From assembly GCA_973895155.1 (NCBI GenBank), contig OZ316898.1, positions 21,029,292 to 21,093,291 on the forward strand: a stretch of DNA of 64,000 bases, given 5' to 3'. This DNA comes from Marsupella aquatica. Lineage: Eukaryota > Plantae > Marchantiophyta. This document shows positions 49,425 through 62,700 of this stretch, piece after piece. Every line of letters begins with the position of its first letter. The first letter of the stretch is position 1. The translations under genes and the position numbers were made by a program. Under the pieces are notes generated by a model that was not told the DNA's origin, ran no database searches, and was given only the letters and a program-made list of their open reading frames with translations.

Positions 49425-52400
49425 TCACCAGTAATCACCACAAGAACACATTCCATCTTTGAAATGGTGGAACCGATTTGCATCCCTCGCAATAATCTCG
49501 CGTCCGGTCACCTTAGAGATATACTTGGTTGCTGAGTGGCAATCCGAACACACCCGAAGGTTCTTACTTACACGAATTGGTTCTCCCCAAGGTAGGTGCA
49601 TGAGTCCGTAAACAATAGCCAACTTCTCACTATGAGAGCAAAGAGCTAGCTCTTTATCCTCCTCATTCATATCATGCAACACAAGCTGCGTATCCGGAAT
49701 GTAGCCTTCAGCCTTCAGTTTTTCACTCAATTTTTTCAGCTCAGTATAGATCGCCTCCGCTTCTGGGTGAGATGTATCCCCCACAACAAATTCATGGATC
49801 TTGTTATCAACTTCAATCCAGCTACGCCCTGGCTCCTTCCAAACACCTCTCTCTTGCATCATAGTCCGCACAGATGACACCTTCTTCCACTTCCCAGCTG
49901 CGGCGTAGATATTGGACAGAAGCACATACGTAGAAGCCTTACCGGGCTCCAACTTGAAAAGCTCGTTAGCGGCCAGTTCGCCCAGCTCCACGTTACCGTA
50001 AGTTCGACAAGCCCCAAGCAAAGCTGTCCAAGTTACATCATTTGGTTCGATCGGCATCTTACTGATGAACTGCTTTGCTTCCTCCAAGTGTCCCGCCCGC
50101 CCAAGAATATCCACCATGAGGTTATAGTGAACAACAGTACGTTCGATACCATAATCTTGCGTCATAGCTGAAAAGATTCTACGGCCATCATCAACAAGGC
50201 CTCCATGAGAACACGCTGACAACACAGCTATGAATGACGTCTCGATGGGCTGCACATGGTCTGCATTCATTTTTCTGAAAAGTTCCAGGGCTTCATGCCC
50301 ATGTCCGTGTTGTGCAAGTCCACCGATCATTATGTTCCATGTGATTACATCGCGTTTCCCGAGTCTGTCAAAAACTTGTTGGGCGTCATCTATACTGCCA
50401 CTCTTTGCATACATGTGAACGAGTGCGTTGCCCACACGAACATCCGACTCCAGTCCGGCATTGCTAGCGTGGCCATGAACCTCCTTCACCCACTCCAAAG
50501 CCCCCGCACTTGCAGATGCATTCAGGATGCTCAGATAAGTGATTGCATCTGGTTCAAAGCCTTCCCGTCTCATTTGGAGAAACAACCGATATGCTTCATG
50601 CCCACATCCATGTTGTGCAAGTGCTCCTATCATTACATTCCATGTGACTGCATTGCGTTTCTCCATTCTGTCAAAAACCAGTCGGGCATCATCTATACTG
50701 CCACTCTTTGCATACATGTGAATGAGTGCACTGCCCACACGCAACTCCGACTCCAGTCCGGCTTTGCTAGCGTGGCCATGAACCTCCTTCACCCACTCCA
50801 AAGCCCCAGCACTTGTAGATGCATTCAGGATGCTCAGATAAGTGATTGCATCTGGTTCGAAGCCTTGCAGTCTCATTTGGAGAAACAATCGATATGCTTC
50901 ATACCAAGATCCATGTTGTGCAAGTCCCCCAATCATGGTATTCCATGTGACAACATCACGTTTCTTCATTCTGTCGAAAACCAGTCGGGCATCATCTATA
51001 CTCCCACTCTTTGCATACATGTGAATGAGTGCACTCCCCACACGCAAATTGGACTCCAGTCCGGCTTTGCTAGCGTGGCCATGAACGTCCTTCACCCACT
51101 CCAAAGGCCCCGCACTTGTAGATGCATTCAGGATGCTCAGATAAGTGATTGCATCTGGTTCGAAGCCTTCCAGTCTCATTTGGAGAAACAATCGGTATGC
51201 TTCATGCCCACATCCATGTTGTGCAAGTGCTCCTATCATTACATTCCATGTGATTACATCTCGTTTCTCCATTCTGTCGAAAACCAGTCGAGCATCATCT
51301 ATACTGCCACTCTGTGCATACATGTGAACGAGTGCATTGCCCACACGCACATCCGACTCCAGTCCGGCTTTGCTAGCGTGGCCATGAACCTCCTTCACCC
51401 ACTCCAAAGCCCCCGCACTTGCAGATGCATTCAGGATGCTCAGATAAGTGAATGCATCTGGTTCAAAGCCTGCCCGTCTCATTTGGAGAAACAATCGGTA
51501 TGCTTCATGCCCACATCCATGTTGTGCAAGTGCTCCTATCATTACATTCCATGTGATTACATCTCGTTTCTCCATTCTGTCAAAAACCTGTCGAGCATCA
51601 CCTATACTGCCACTCTGTGCATACATGTGAACCAGCGCAGAGCCCACACGCAAATTGGACTCCAGTCCGGCTTTGCTAGCGTGGCCATGAACCTCCTTCA
51701 CCCACTCCAAAGCCCCCGCACTTGCAGATGCATTCAGAATACTCGCATAAGTGAATGCATCTGGTTCAAAGCCTTCCCGTCTCATTTGGAGAAACAATCG
51801 ATATGCTTCGTGCCCACATCCATGTCGTGAAAGTCCTCCTATCATTACATTCCATGTGATTACGTCGCGTTTCTCCATTCTGTCAAAAACCAGTCGGGCG
51901 TCACCTATCCTGCCACTCTCTGCATACATGTGAACCAGCGCAGAGCCCACACGCAAATCTGACTCCAGTCCCGCTTTCCTAGCGTGGCCATGAACGTCCT
52001 TCACCCATGCCAAACCCCCATCACATGCGGATGCATTCAGGATGCTCGTATAGGTGATTGCATTTGGTTCGAAGCCATCCCGTCTCATTTGGAGGAATAG
52101 TCGATATGCTTCCACACCATCACCACGTTCTGCCCATGCTCCAATCATAACATTCCATGTAATGACATTTCGATTAGTCAACTTTTCAAAAACTTTCCTT
52201 GCCTCGGTGAGGCACCCACATTTAGCGTACATCAGTACGAGAGCAGACCCTACATGCAAGTCCGATTCAAAGCCGGCATGTCGAATACACTGATGAATTT
52301 CTTTTCCCCAATTGAGAGCTAATGGGCTTGAACATGCATTCAGGATGCTCAGATACGTGATCGCATTCGGCTTCATGCCTTCTTGGCGCATTAGATTGAA

Positions 52401-52895
52401 AATTTCGAGTGCAGATTCAACAAGATCACTCCTAGCGTATCCCGCAAGCATGCTGGTCCAAGTAATAACACTCTTCTTCTGAATTTGATCAAAAACTCTA
52501 CGTGCATCGGATAAACCTCCGCATTTGATATACACATTCAAAAGCGTGATTGCCACATATGGATTTTCGTGAATTCCACTCTCGATAATGCAATCATGAA
52601 TTTGCTTGGCTCCTGAAAGGTCTTTCTGTTGCAAGCACATTTGCAGAACTTTAACATATGTGTACAAGTCTATAGCATTGCCTCGCTGTAGACGATCTTT
52701 CAACATAGCAATTGTTTGACCCGTGGTACCAGGATGCATATGCCTACTGCCAATCCCTTTTGCAGTGACTGGAGACCGATCTCTCGTGCAATAACTAACA
52801 TTAGATGGAAATCTGCAGTGAGTAACCAAATTCGCCCTTGCCTTAACCCACGCTGGGGTCGACCATCCATCCACCCAAACTGCTAGTCTTGTCAA
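49425..52895 (-). CDS. PLS-class pentatricopeptide repeat protein with E1/E2 and DYW deaminase domain (organellar C-to-U RNA editing factor)
   Basis: About 26 P/L/S motifs, PG box (EPGRSWIEV), HSEKLA, KNLRVCSDCH and terminal CSCGDYW. The ORF-track start is TTG and the first ATG is at 52739. An acceptor-like GCTGACAG near 52932 suggests the N-terminus comes from an upstream exon. Confidence 0.96.
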   Translation of the reverse strand: MTRLAVWVDGWSTPAWVKARANLVTHCRFPSNVSYCTRDRSPVTAKGIGSRHMHPGTTGQTIAMLKDRLQRGNAIDLYTYVKVLQMCLQQKDLSGAKQIHDCIIESGIHENPYVAITLLNVYIKCGGLSDARRVFDQIQKKSVITWTSMLAGYARSDLVESALEIFNLMRQEGMKPNAITYLSILNACSSPLALNWGKEIHQCIRHAGFESDLHVGSALVLMYAKCGCLTEARKVFEKLTNRNVITWNVMIGAWAERGDGVEAYRLFLQMRRDGFEPNAITYTSILNASACDGGLAWVKDVHGHARKAGLESDLRVGSALVHMYAESGRIGDARLVFDRMEKRDVITWNVMIGGLSRHGCGHEAYRLFLQMRREGFEPDAFTYASILNASASAGALEWVKEVHGHASKAGLESNLRVGSALVHMYAQSGSIGDARQVFDRMEKRDVITWNVMIGALAQHGCGHEAYRLFLQMRRAGFEPDAFTYLSILNASASAGALEWVKEVHGHASKAGLESDVRVGNALVHMYAQSGSIDDARLVFDRMEKRDVITWNVMIGALAQHGCGHEAYRLFLQMRLEGFEPDAITYLSILNASTSAGPLEWVKDVHGHASKAGLESNLRVGSALIHMYAKSGSIDDARLVFDRMKKRDVVTWNTMIGGLAQHGSWYEAYRLFLQMRLQGFEPDAITYLSILNASTSAGALEWVKEVHGHASKAGLESELRVGSALIHMYAKSGSIDDARLVFDRMEKRNAVTWNVMIGALAQHGCGHEAYRLFLQMRREGFEPDAITYLSILNASASAGALEWVKEVHGHASNAGLESDVRVGNALVHMYAKSGSIDDAQQVFDRLGKRDVITWNIMIGGLAQHGHGHEALELFRKMNADHVQPIETSFIAVLSACSHGGLVDDGRRIFSAMTQDYGIERTVVHYNLMVDILGRAGHLEEAKQFISKMPIEPNDVTWTALLGACRTYGNVELGELAANELFKLEPGKASTYVLLSNIYAAAGKWKKVSSVRTMMQERGVWKEPGRSWIEVDNKIHEFVVGDTSHPEAEAIYTELKKLSEKLKAEGYIPDTQLVLHDMNEEDKELALCSHSEKLAIVYGLMHLPWGEPIRVSKNLRVCSDCHSATKYISKVTGREIIARDANRFHHFKDGMCSCGDYW

Positions 52896-55166
52896 CTTCT
52901 GATTGAACTCAGGTGCTCTGGGCCTCCTCTGTCAGCACCACAACCCACGATCAGATCTGCTACCAGGATAAAATCCAGGAGATTCCACGAGGTGCAATGA
53001 ATTTGTAGTTATTTCTTGACGACTATGTTTCCAGTGATCTTTCTACAATGAGTGTTCAGAAATGGATAGCAGACCGGTAAGCCTCTCGAGTTCTAGGGTG
53101 CATTCCTACCTCCCTCCAAAGATCTCGAGTTCTAGGCTGCATTCCTACCTCCCTCCAAAGATGTATTTTCTTGTCTCCCTTGCTCTGCTGTGATCTTTGG
53201 TACAGATAACTTGCAAAAGTTAAATGACTCCTTTCCAACTGAGAGTAACGGCTATCTGTCAAGAATGCAATGATCTTAGAATAGAATATTGAAATAATTG
53301 TGAAAGGCATATCCAGGTATCAACAAGCTCGTTCCTTCTCCCGTATTTCACTGTACCCACAGAAAGGACAGAGAGCCTATCGAATTGGTACTAAAATACT
53401 TCAGCCAGAAGTCACATGTTATCCTTGGGTTGTGTACAGGACAGACTCTTAGGGCATCTTGACAGGCGTTCATTTGTAAGTTGCCTACACTGTCCTTTCT
53501 GCGCTATACACAAACCAGAATCTCAGGTTTCTGAAAAGAGACTACTTAGAAATAAAGCCTAGCCATCATCTGTAGAATCCATTGTGATTAGACACAGATG
53601 ACATGAACGTGAAAGCGCTTCCCTCCCTCTCCTACAATTCAGAAATAAAGGCTATCCATCATTCTTTAACTTGGCTGTTATACAATCCGTGAAGAGACAC
53701 ATACGTCATGAATGTAACAGCCTCCCCTCCCCACGGCCCGCCCCTCCCCTCCACCCACCCTGTGCTTTTTAACATGAAAGAAGAATCAAACTTGAAGTTC
53801 AACTCAAGTCTTGATCACATAAGCCTCATAGCAGGAAATTCCCGCAACTATAAATGTCACACCGTGGTGCTGGAACAAGAGTTTCTGTCTAAAAGTAGGT
53901 ACGCATAACGATGAAATCGCTCTTCAGTCTCATTACCTGAAGGCCGTGTACAAGAACAATGGCGGATGCCAATACCAATCAAACCGGAAGATGAAGGATA
54001 AACTCTGCAAATCAAACGTCTTTGTTGAGAATGTATTCAAGGTCGTTTGGTCACATCAAATCCAACAAAATGACATGCATACAAAATTAATCATACCTGG
54101 CTGAGGACTGTTGCCTAAAGCGGTCCATATCCAAAAGTTCCATCGAGTCAGCTCCGTTCCCGTGCCGGGAATACGGAGCTCAATGGTACAGTTTTGAGAA
54201 ATACGATCTTACCTGTTTGACAAAGGTTCAAATCAGTCTAAGTAGTGCAATCTTGCAGAGCCCTCAAATTTCAAGTCTCCTCTTTCCTTCCCATGGACTA
54301 AGGAAAGAATATTCATTACGCGAAGGCTCTGTTGGGGAAACCTTGCCCTGGCAGAGGAATCTCAGCTCAGCGTAACAGTTGGAGGAAGCCCTAGAAGCAT
54401 AGCAGTAGCGGTATCTTCTCCAGGATCAATTCCTCCTGCTGGACCTTTTACGAATCATCCCAGCTTTGCCATCAAAACTTGAGAATCAAAACTACAAGTT
54501 TTGAGAAGTAAAAGTATGAGAAGATCTTCCATCCAAACCCCAAAGCAACCCACCGTCATACCTGCATATTGCCCTCTGAAAAACTATGGCGCGAGTGCTC
54601 TTGTTTATCGCCCTCCAAGAAAGAACCCTTTCCAACTGAAGTGTCCTGGATACCAAACGGAGAATTGACGACATTTCTTCAAAGAAGAACTTGTGAAGTG
54701 TTATGCAGACCGTGTAAGTAGCAAATTGGGCAGGCTCGACAATTCGTTCAGAACAACAAGTTGAAGCAAGTGGCAACAAAATTGATCTAGATTGTGACGG
54801 GAAATCAGGAGACGGGCAGCAGGAGACGTCATGCAAGAAATGAGCAGGACTTGAACCAGGATGGACAGTATCCCGGGCTGAAAAAGAGATTCTGTCCCGC
54901 TCCTTGGGCGCTCAGAGGTGAGAAGTATAGTTGCCCAGCAATCTAAGGTCGAAACGCAGAAGAACATCCAGTATAGCTAGGGCCTTACTAGGAATTCTCT
55001 GCCCAAAGGACATGACGACAGGCCGTGTAAAAGTGGTAACGCGAACCTAACAGGGATCACTGGATTCGTCAGCATGTAGCTACGCACAGCTCGATACCAA
55101 CTCCCCGAGAAGCAACTATAGCAATTCAGCAATCCAGCAATCCGAAGCCACTACGACAAGTAGTTC

Positions 55167-55870
55167 TTAGCAGATTGTGAATTCTACAAGGATTGTTAGC
55201 TCATTAAATTGTTCCCTTAATATTGTCTTTTCCAACTTATAAGTTGGTGTTAGTGGTAATTCCTGCTGATTATCTTCTTCATTTCTTGTTGTAGCTGTCC
55301 TTTCAGTTACCTCACTGGTATTTGGTCCTGCTGTCACTTGTGCTCCCTCACTCATTTTCTGAACACCCTAAACACACACCCTAAACCCTACACCCTTCTC
55401 TGCATTGTGGAGCTATACATAACAACAGTTAATTCCACTTTAGCCTTTGAAATAACCTCTACCAATTTCTTTATTATCTCTTGGTTCTTCCCTTAATGAT
55501 TCATCACTTATTGGGTCTTCCTCATGTGACACTCTGATTTCTTCTTTAAAACTCTCATCAGACTCTAAAATTTCAGCTCCATCTTCTATTCTATCATCCA
55601 AACCCATTAATCTTCTGGTCTTGGTAGCAATTCACTTTGTTGATGTTGTCGGATTTGTTCTGCTGTGTCTCGTGTTGTAGTGTCCAATTGTTCCCAACTG
55701 GTACTCGGTACTCCACTCGTGGACGGTAGAGCTAACACGATTGGTGGCTCTACCGGTTGTGACATAGTCACTATATTCACATCCATTGTCTGAATTCTTA
55801 CATGATTAACTGGTGCTTTAGTTTGTGCTTCGGTTCTTTCTTTATTATGTTGCACCCATGCATAATTCAC
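55167..55870 (-). pseudogene. Possible decayed retroelement gag/protease-linker fragment
   Basis: Purine-rich minus-strand ORF pieces (MDVNIVTMSQ..., YKLEKTILREQFNELTI) with retroelement-like composition. No catalytic motif. Confidence 0.3.
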
Positions 55871-57349
55871 ACTTAGCCCCTCTTATATGTCCGGGCTTCC
55901 CACAATAATAGCAAGTAAGGGGAGGTCTTTCTCCCCCTTCCCTGAAGTTCCTCTTATTTGAATATTGTCTGTCAGGATTCCTTGGAATTCATTTTTTCTT
56001 AAATAAAGAATGAAATAAATAATTATACTTCAGGATATATTCTTTATGTGTGTACGACCCCCTAAATTTTGTTGCTCGTAGTAAAGTAATCATTTTAAAA
56101 TGCTAAACCCTTTCAGGGTATTACAAACACTTAATGAACAGCTGTTGTTTGGTTCCTAACCAGAACAATCTTTATGGTACAACCCCTGGCCGAGTTATGA
56201 GTATACACCAGGCTGCAAGTAGTCAATTCAGACCAGTGGCAGAAGAATAATCATTATGCCTCGAGTAACTCGGAAGTGTGACTCATTTATGCCCTGTTTG
56301 GCCTTGATGGGCAAATGAGGGGTCTGGACCCCGTCATTTGTCATCCGGCACACCCCGGTCGTCCCACCCCTGTCCCGACACCGTCCCAACCCTGTCCCAA
56401 CCCGATCCCGACCTGGTCCTCACCCCACCCAATTTGTCATGCCAAGGGACAGTGCCTCTTGTGCACATCGGCATGTCCCTCGCATGCCCGCTAGGTATGT
56501 AGTTAGGGCTAGTGTACTACTTGAGTTAGCAACATGTTCTTATAACAAATTCCAGGCGTTCTTGAAGTAAACGCACTTGTTAGTGTGACACCAGGACTTT
56601 GCTTGCTTAGGGCATGTCTTTCTTTGTTGGTTTTCAGTTCTTCTTCAATCGCTGTTGAAAGAGCTCAGACAGTGCTCGTCGGTTCCGTACACGGGATTCA
56701 CATAGTGATTCGTTAGATGCTCTCGGCCAATCTTGGCATCCCGCCGGTTTTTGATTCAGTACGATAGTTTCTCTTGAGCCTTTTATTCAAGAAGAACTGC
56801 CAGTGAAGGGAAGAAGATCGGAGACATGTTTCTTAGCTGCTCGTGTCGGTCTGGACAATTTTTGTCAAAGCCAATGCAATTTCTTTGAAGCAAAATCAAG
56901 CTATGGAGTTAGAGTTAGATTTTTCCTTGTATACACATCACTTATGTGTATACACTTAAACTCTCGGACTGGCGGAGTACACCCAGGACGAGACAAGGGG
57001 AGCGCTTCTCAATTTCCGGAGGGTTTTGCATTTTCAGGGGCCCAAGTTTTTCTTTCCCGACCGCAACTTACTTCACGACCTGCTGCTGCCGATTGCTGCA
57101 TTGACTATCAACTGTTGCTACTGGTTGCCACTGCCACTGTCAACTGCCACAACCCATCCACAACCTTTGGTGTTTTTTGGTGCTTATATAGGCCAATTTT
57201 TGGTGTTTGCCGGCTGTCGCGCGACTACTTCCCGGCTGCCTCGACCACCGTGCGACCACCTCCCAAGTGCATAGGGTTGCACGCCTGTTTCTCCCCCTCA
57301 CAGCGCCCTTCCCTTCCTTTTTTTGTTTTGCCACAGTGCCAGTAATTAA

Positions 57350-57900
57350 AGCAGCCAAGGGAGGGGGAGCAACTCCCTTCCTTTTTGCCCTCCCACAAGC
57401 AAGCGAGAGGGCATGGAGGGCACGAGGCCCTATGGAGAATTAATGCAGGGAGGGAGGAGGGGAGCAGGAGCACAAGGAGAGGGCACACGGCCCTATGAAG
57501 CATTAAAGGGAGGAGGGGGAGTACATTCAACTCCCTCTCTCAGGAGTCACACTTTCACCAGGGCACGAGGCCCACGGAACCTTTCAGGAGGGAAGAGGAG
57601 TACATACGACTCCTTCCCTCAGAAGTCCTCCTACAGGGCACAAAGCCCATCCAGCAGCATTAAGGAGGGGAGGGGGAAGCGAGTGTCAAGAGAGGGCTTG
57701 AGGCCCTAGGCAGCATTAAAGGAGGGGAGGGGAGTTCAATTCGAACTCTCTCACACGGGAGTTTTGTGCCAGGGCACGAGGCCTAAATTACATTTATAAA
57801 GGAGGGGAGGGGAGTTTGTAGCCTCCCTCTTTGGGAGCTCATAAGGAGGGGGGAGGGTGCACGAAGCCCTATGCAGTGCCCGAGCCCATTAAGGGGCCCG
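57350..57900 (+). repeat. Purine-rich ~60-bp minisatellite (GGGCACGAGGCCC...ATTAAAGGGAGGAGGGGGAG) upstream of gag
   Basis: About 7-8 imperfect copies; probably LTR/leader of the retroelement at 58403. Confidence 0.7.
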
Positions 57901-58402
57901 TTTCTTCTTCCTCGCCTCACCGGCTCCCCATTTCCATTTTCTTTTTGCCTTGCCCTTCGCCACCCGATTGTCAGTGAATAGGGCACCAGTTCTCCTTTTT
58001 GCCTTGCTGCTACCATTGCGAGTTGTCTCCGTATTTCTTTCTCGGGGTCTGATCGCTACATAGGGATGCGAGCCCGGTTTGTGTAGACACCTCTCGCTTG
58101 TGCATGCACATTGGGGACCCCTTTCGCCGTTTCCTCTTGGTTTCGTTTGCTTCATTATTTTGACCCTTTTAGGCAAGGCCGGTATACACATCGGGGCCAA
58201 TTTCATTATGTTTAGCCCCGGCCTCCTTGCCTCACACCGTTTGCTTCATTGTGGGTTAATTTTCTAGCCTTGGGACTGCCATTTCTTTTTCTTGTCAATT
58301 TCTTTCCCGACAGCACCTCATACCACCAGAAAAAGAGGGGGGGCGGAGACATATCCTGTTGCTACCATTTCCAATTTGGCATCTCGGGTACTGTCACACA
58401 GC

Positions 58403-59731
58403 ATGTCAGCAGATGAGCCGAGAGGTAGCAGCTCATCGCCACCAACACCCCGGTACCACTTACGGAGTGATCCACGACCGTTGGTGCCAATTTCATTGGA
58501 ATCTCAACAATTTTGATGGCATCAACAAATAGCAGCACCACCCACACCATGCAACCCTTCTGCTACATTTGGCAGTCGCTTAACAACTACCCCAAAGCCT
58601 ACTATTGCTTCTTTGCCCTTTACTCCTCCTGCATCAGTGGTTGTTCCAGCTTCACCGACATACAACATGGATGTCGGCCACTCATCTGGCCGCATTGAGC
58701 GCTTCAGCGGGCGGCTAGGCACTATTTCTTTGCGTGAGTTCAAATCCACTTTCTACACTATCGTTTACAAATTGGAGTCAAAGTATGGCAGCAATTTCAC
58801 AAATGCATTTGCATTTAAGCAACTAGCCAGGTATGTGCACCATGAGGCTTTGGATGTGTATGAGCAGCACTCTCAATGGCTGCTTGCTGTCATGAAATTG
58901 CCTAACCCTGCCTATGCCAATGCAATTGCGGCAGCCTCATAATTGGCCTTACAGAATGCCATTGCAGCCCATGCTGCTGCTCTTGCCACTTCCCCTCCTA
59001 CTCCAGTTCCTACCACTGCGCCAGTTACTCCCACTATCTTGGCACAGGCTACATCGGGCATTTCTCCCGCCATTGATTCCCCTGCCTTTGCTGATCCAGT
59101 GGTGGCTGAGTTTTTCCAGGTTCTTGAATTGGAATTCCCAATCAAGAGTGCTGACAAAATCATGTAGTTGGCCACCTTTGTGAGGTAGCGCGATGAAACA
59201 TTGAAGATGATGTACCGTCGACTTCTCAAGCTGAAGGACAACACTCAGAGCATCACTACCTGGAGGCTGCTCATTGCTATCTTCGTGCATTGGAGGGCAC
59301 ACCAGCTCTCCATTTGCAAGTGTTGCAGCAAGTATTCTCAGAGTTTGGAGACAGCTACACATTGCTCAATGTCTATGACACTGCTGAGAAACTTGAGTTG
59401 GCCCATGCACATTATGAGGCTAGTATTGCACGTCCACCGCAATCAAGGTACCAGGCTGCTGCCCCTACATTGGCCACTCCTTCCTGTGTGCCACAGTATG
59501 GTTCCAAGACCAAGCCATCACATGCTGCTTTTATGTTGCCATCTTGCAACTACTGTGGTAACCCTAATCACAAAGCTAATGAATGTGATATTGTTGCTGA
59601 GGACATGTCTTGTGATTTTTGCGGGAAAGTGGGCCACTTGGAGGCAGTTTGTTTTGCCAAATTCCTAGAGAGGAAGCAGCTACAACAGCAGGCCCCTCAT
59701 CCTGCTCCTGCTTCCACTCCCCCACCAGCTA
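58403..59731 (+). pseudogene. Ty3/gypsy-type gag remnant truncated by a CACTA insertion
   Basis: RYHLRS N-terminus, IERFSG..LREFK capsid-like segment, and two zinc knuckles CNYCGNPNHKANEC and CDFCGKVGHLEAVC. Stops and frameshifts; sequence switches to CACTA at 59732. Confidence 0.75.
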
Positions 59732-62700
59732 CACTAGTAGAAACCGCCCCATTTCGTGACCAGACCACTTGTGATAGGGGTGACCACGCAAGTGCAAACT
59801 TTGAACATCGGTCTTATTTTTGAGGCGCCATAAGACTCGATAGTCATCAGTAGTCATGAGTATGACAACCTAAGACCATTGAACTTTTTAAAAATCATGA
59901 TCTATTGAATGAGCGATTCAAGTATGACTACATAGTCATACTTAGTCAACATAAGACAATGGCCAATAGTAAGCCAAGTCCAAATTTAGTCAACAAAATT
60001 GACTTGTCCATTAATTTTCATTGTGGCCATTGAACACTACGACAAAATAATGTAGTGCCATATGCCTGGTTAAGGGAAATTTACCCGACCCCATACACAT
60101 TCTGAGCCATGGGATTACGCTTTACACAGCCATTTCATGAACTATATGCAAGGGGCATAAGGGTTTGCTAGGGAGGCTTTTTTGTGGTTTGGGGTTACAT
60201 GAAGTGCAATTTAGGCCTAACTCATCCACATGCATATAACCCTTCCTGCCAAAGTTTAGGGTTGGTTTTAGCAAGACACCTAAAGGGGGTTTAGGGGGGG
60301 GTTATATCACAAGGGTGTGGGGGGTTATATCTCACGGGGGAGGGGGTTTAATCAAAGGACACACACCATTGGATGGAGTTCATCGCCACCATCCATAACT
60401 TTTCCGTTCCTGCGTCCCGTTTAGTTGCACATGTCATCCCTTCCTTCGATTGGGTCCCGAGAGAGTTTGCAAACACCAAGGCGGAAGTGCATCATCTCTT
60501 TGCTTGTGGCTGGCTAGGGTGCCCATTTCCTTCACTTTCCCTTGATGTTTACGAGTGCTTTTGTTTTACTTTCAGCTCATTGTGGTGGTGTGGGTCCCGT
60601 CCATTGCTGTGTGTTCCATCGCTGCATGCTGGACACATCTGAGTCTTCCGTTGCTCAAGTATGCATTCATAGCTGCTTCAAGGGAGGTGATCACTACTGC
60701 TGCGGAAGGAGGGAGTCAGTCGGGAGTTTTGCTACTGCTGCGGAAGGCAACGCTGAAGCTTTACTCATGCGGGACCTGTGTGGGAGGCATAAAGACTTAG
60801 GATCAAAGCCCAACGCTGTCTAATCTCACTGCTTAGGGTGAAAGGAACTATATTTTGCATTATGGAGGTTGGGTCCCAACGTGATCAACGTCTGTTGTGG
60901 CGCAGTCCACCTCAGGTGCTGCGATTCATGTAAGTTGGTTTGCTGCTGTAGGCAATTGGTATTTTATGGCACATTAGTGGCTAGGCTTATAAGCTGTGGA
61001 CTCGGATGAATATGCATGTTTGGTGAAAGCGTCACTCAGTTTGGTCATTTGTGTCTTCGGTGTGGTGTTTTGTATGCTGCCCTATTTTACCACCACCTTA
61101 CTGTTCACATTGTGGCTCCATTCGCACCACATTTTGCATTGTAGAGGTCCTATAGCCTTCTCTGAAACCTCACACTCACACTCACACCATAAATTGTGTC
61201 TAACTTAGTGACAAGACCTCTATCTGCACAGATGCCAACCTTGCCGCTGGAATCCATATGTTCACAGTGCTTGCTCGGGCAGACTGGGAGCCAAGAGTTT
61301 GGAGCCAGGAGCTGAGGGTTGAGGGATCTTGGAGCTACAAGGTGGGACTTTAGTTGGGAGCCGCGAGCTGATACCACGCAACTGTCAGTGAGGTCATTTC
61401 AGTTGTTGGGTGCCGGAACTGATCACTTCCCTTTGCTTCATCGCTCATTTCCTTTGCACATGATCCCATTATTTAGCCATCTATAAGCTGCGATAGTCAT
61501 TTAGTCTATTTCCACCCACATTCGTCCTTGAAGATGTTTTAGGTCTCAGGCTAGACTCTGTGATGCCTAGCCTGGAATCACTAGGGCAGTTTAAATGGTA
61601 AAGTCTGGAGTGTACCCTGGAAACACATTAGTATAGTAACCAAAACATGGAAAATATAAACAAATAAGGGTGACTTTGGAACCCGAGCCGAGGCCGGAAG
61701 TAAGGATGCCGGGGGAGGGAAAACGATTAGGGTTAGGGCGCGCTCGGTGCCGGCGGCTAGGAGTAACCAATGGGAGGGAAGACCAGGCAAAGGGGGGGGT
61801 AAGGACCGATCGCAAGGAATGGTAGCTCATTTGCAAGCACGAGCTAAGCAAACGACTACGGGAGGCCAACTACTATCAGCTGCTTAGGCAAGCAATCTGG
61901 GTGGGAGCAGATACTGACGATCAACTCAAGAAGGGTATGTCAAGCAACGTCAATCAAGCGACACATTTTTGGGGATGCCTGTTTGAACGGGCAGCTGAGT
62001 ACATTGGGACCTACGAAGACCAAGAATCAGAAAGAGCAGCTCGAGAATGGCAGGAGCTTGCTCGATTGTGAGAACTGCAGAAGTCTGCCTTCTTAGGAGG
62101 AGAACTCATCAAGGCTGAATTTCTGTGGACACCTACTGGCAACGAGCTAGACGATCTTCTATTTTGCGAGAACAGAATCGTCGGCATCTGGGAAGCCATC
62201 AACCGCTGCAATGACATCCATTGGGAGTTGAAGGGTAGCATGGAGGGGTGGACAAAGGCAACAGTGCTAGGAGAAACATCCACAACATCGCTATGAAGAG
62301 GAAAGGGGCTAACAACAAAGAGACCACCCTTGCAAAAAGAACGAGGTCGGCGGCACCAAGGAAGCTAGTAGAGCAGGGAAGAAGGAGGCAGGCAGAAGCC
62401 AAGGAGGAGGAGGTTGACCCCATCAATGTCGTTCCAACAAAAGATGACACCTGGAAGGGCTCGGCGACGATCCTCCTCGAGGAAGTGCAATTACACTTTG
62501 CACGAGAAGAGGATGCATGCTTTACGACTATATATGCAGACTCAGAAGTACTAGGGCTTCATGGCCGGATCCATCTTGGAAGCCTTTGTGAAATTACCAT
62601 GGCTAAAGCCGAAAGTGCCGGATTCAAACTTATTAGAATTCATGGGATCATGGGAGCCCGAGAACAATTCCACAAGGGTGTATGGGAAGGATTTCTATCT

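Noticed and set aside
50256-51830. 524-aa Cys/His-rich ORF on the + strand
   Set aside because: Antisense shadow of the repetitive PPR array; its 101-aa periodicity mirrors the PLS triplets.
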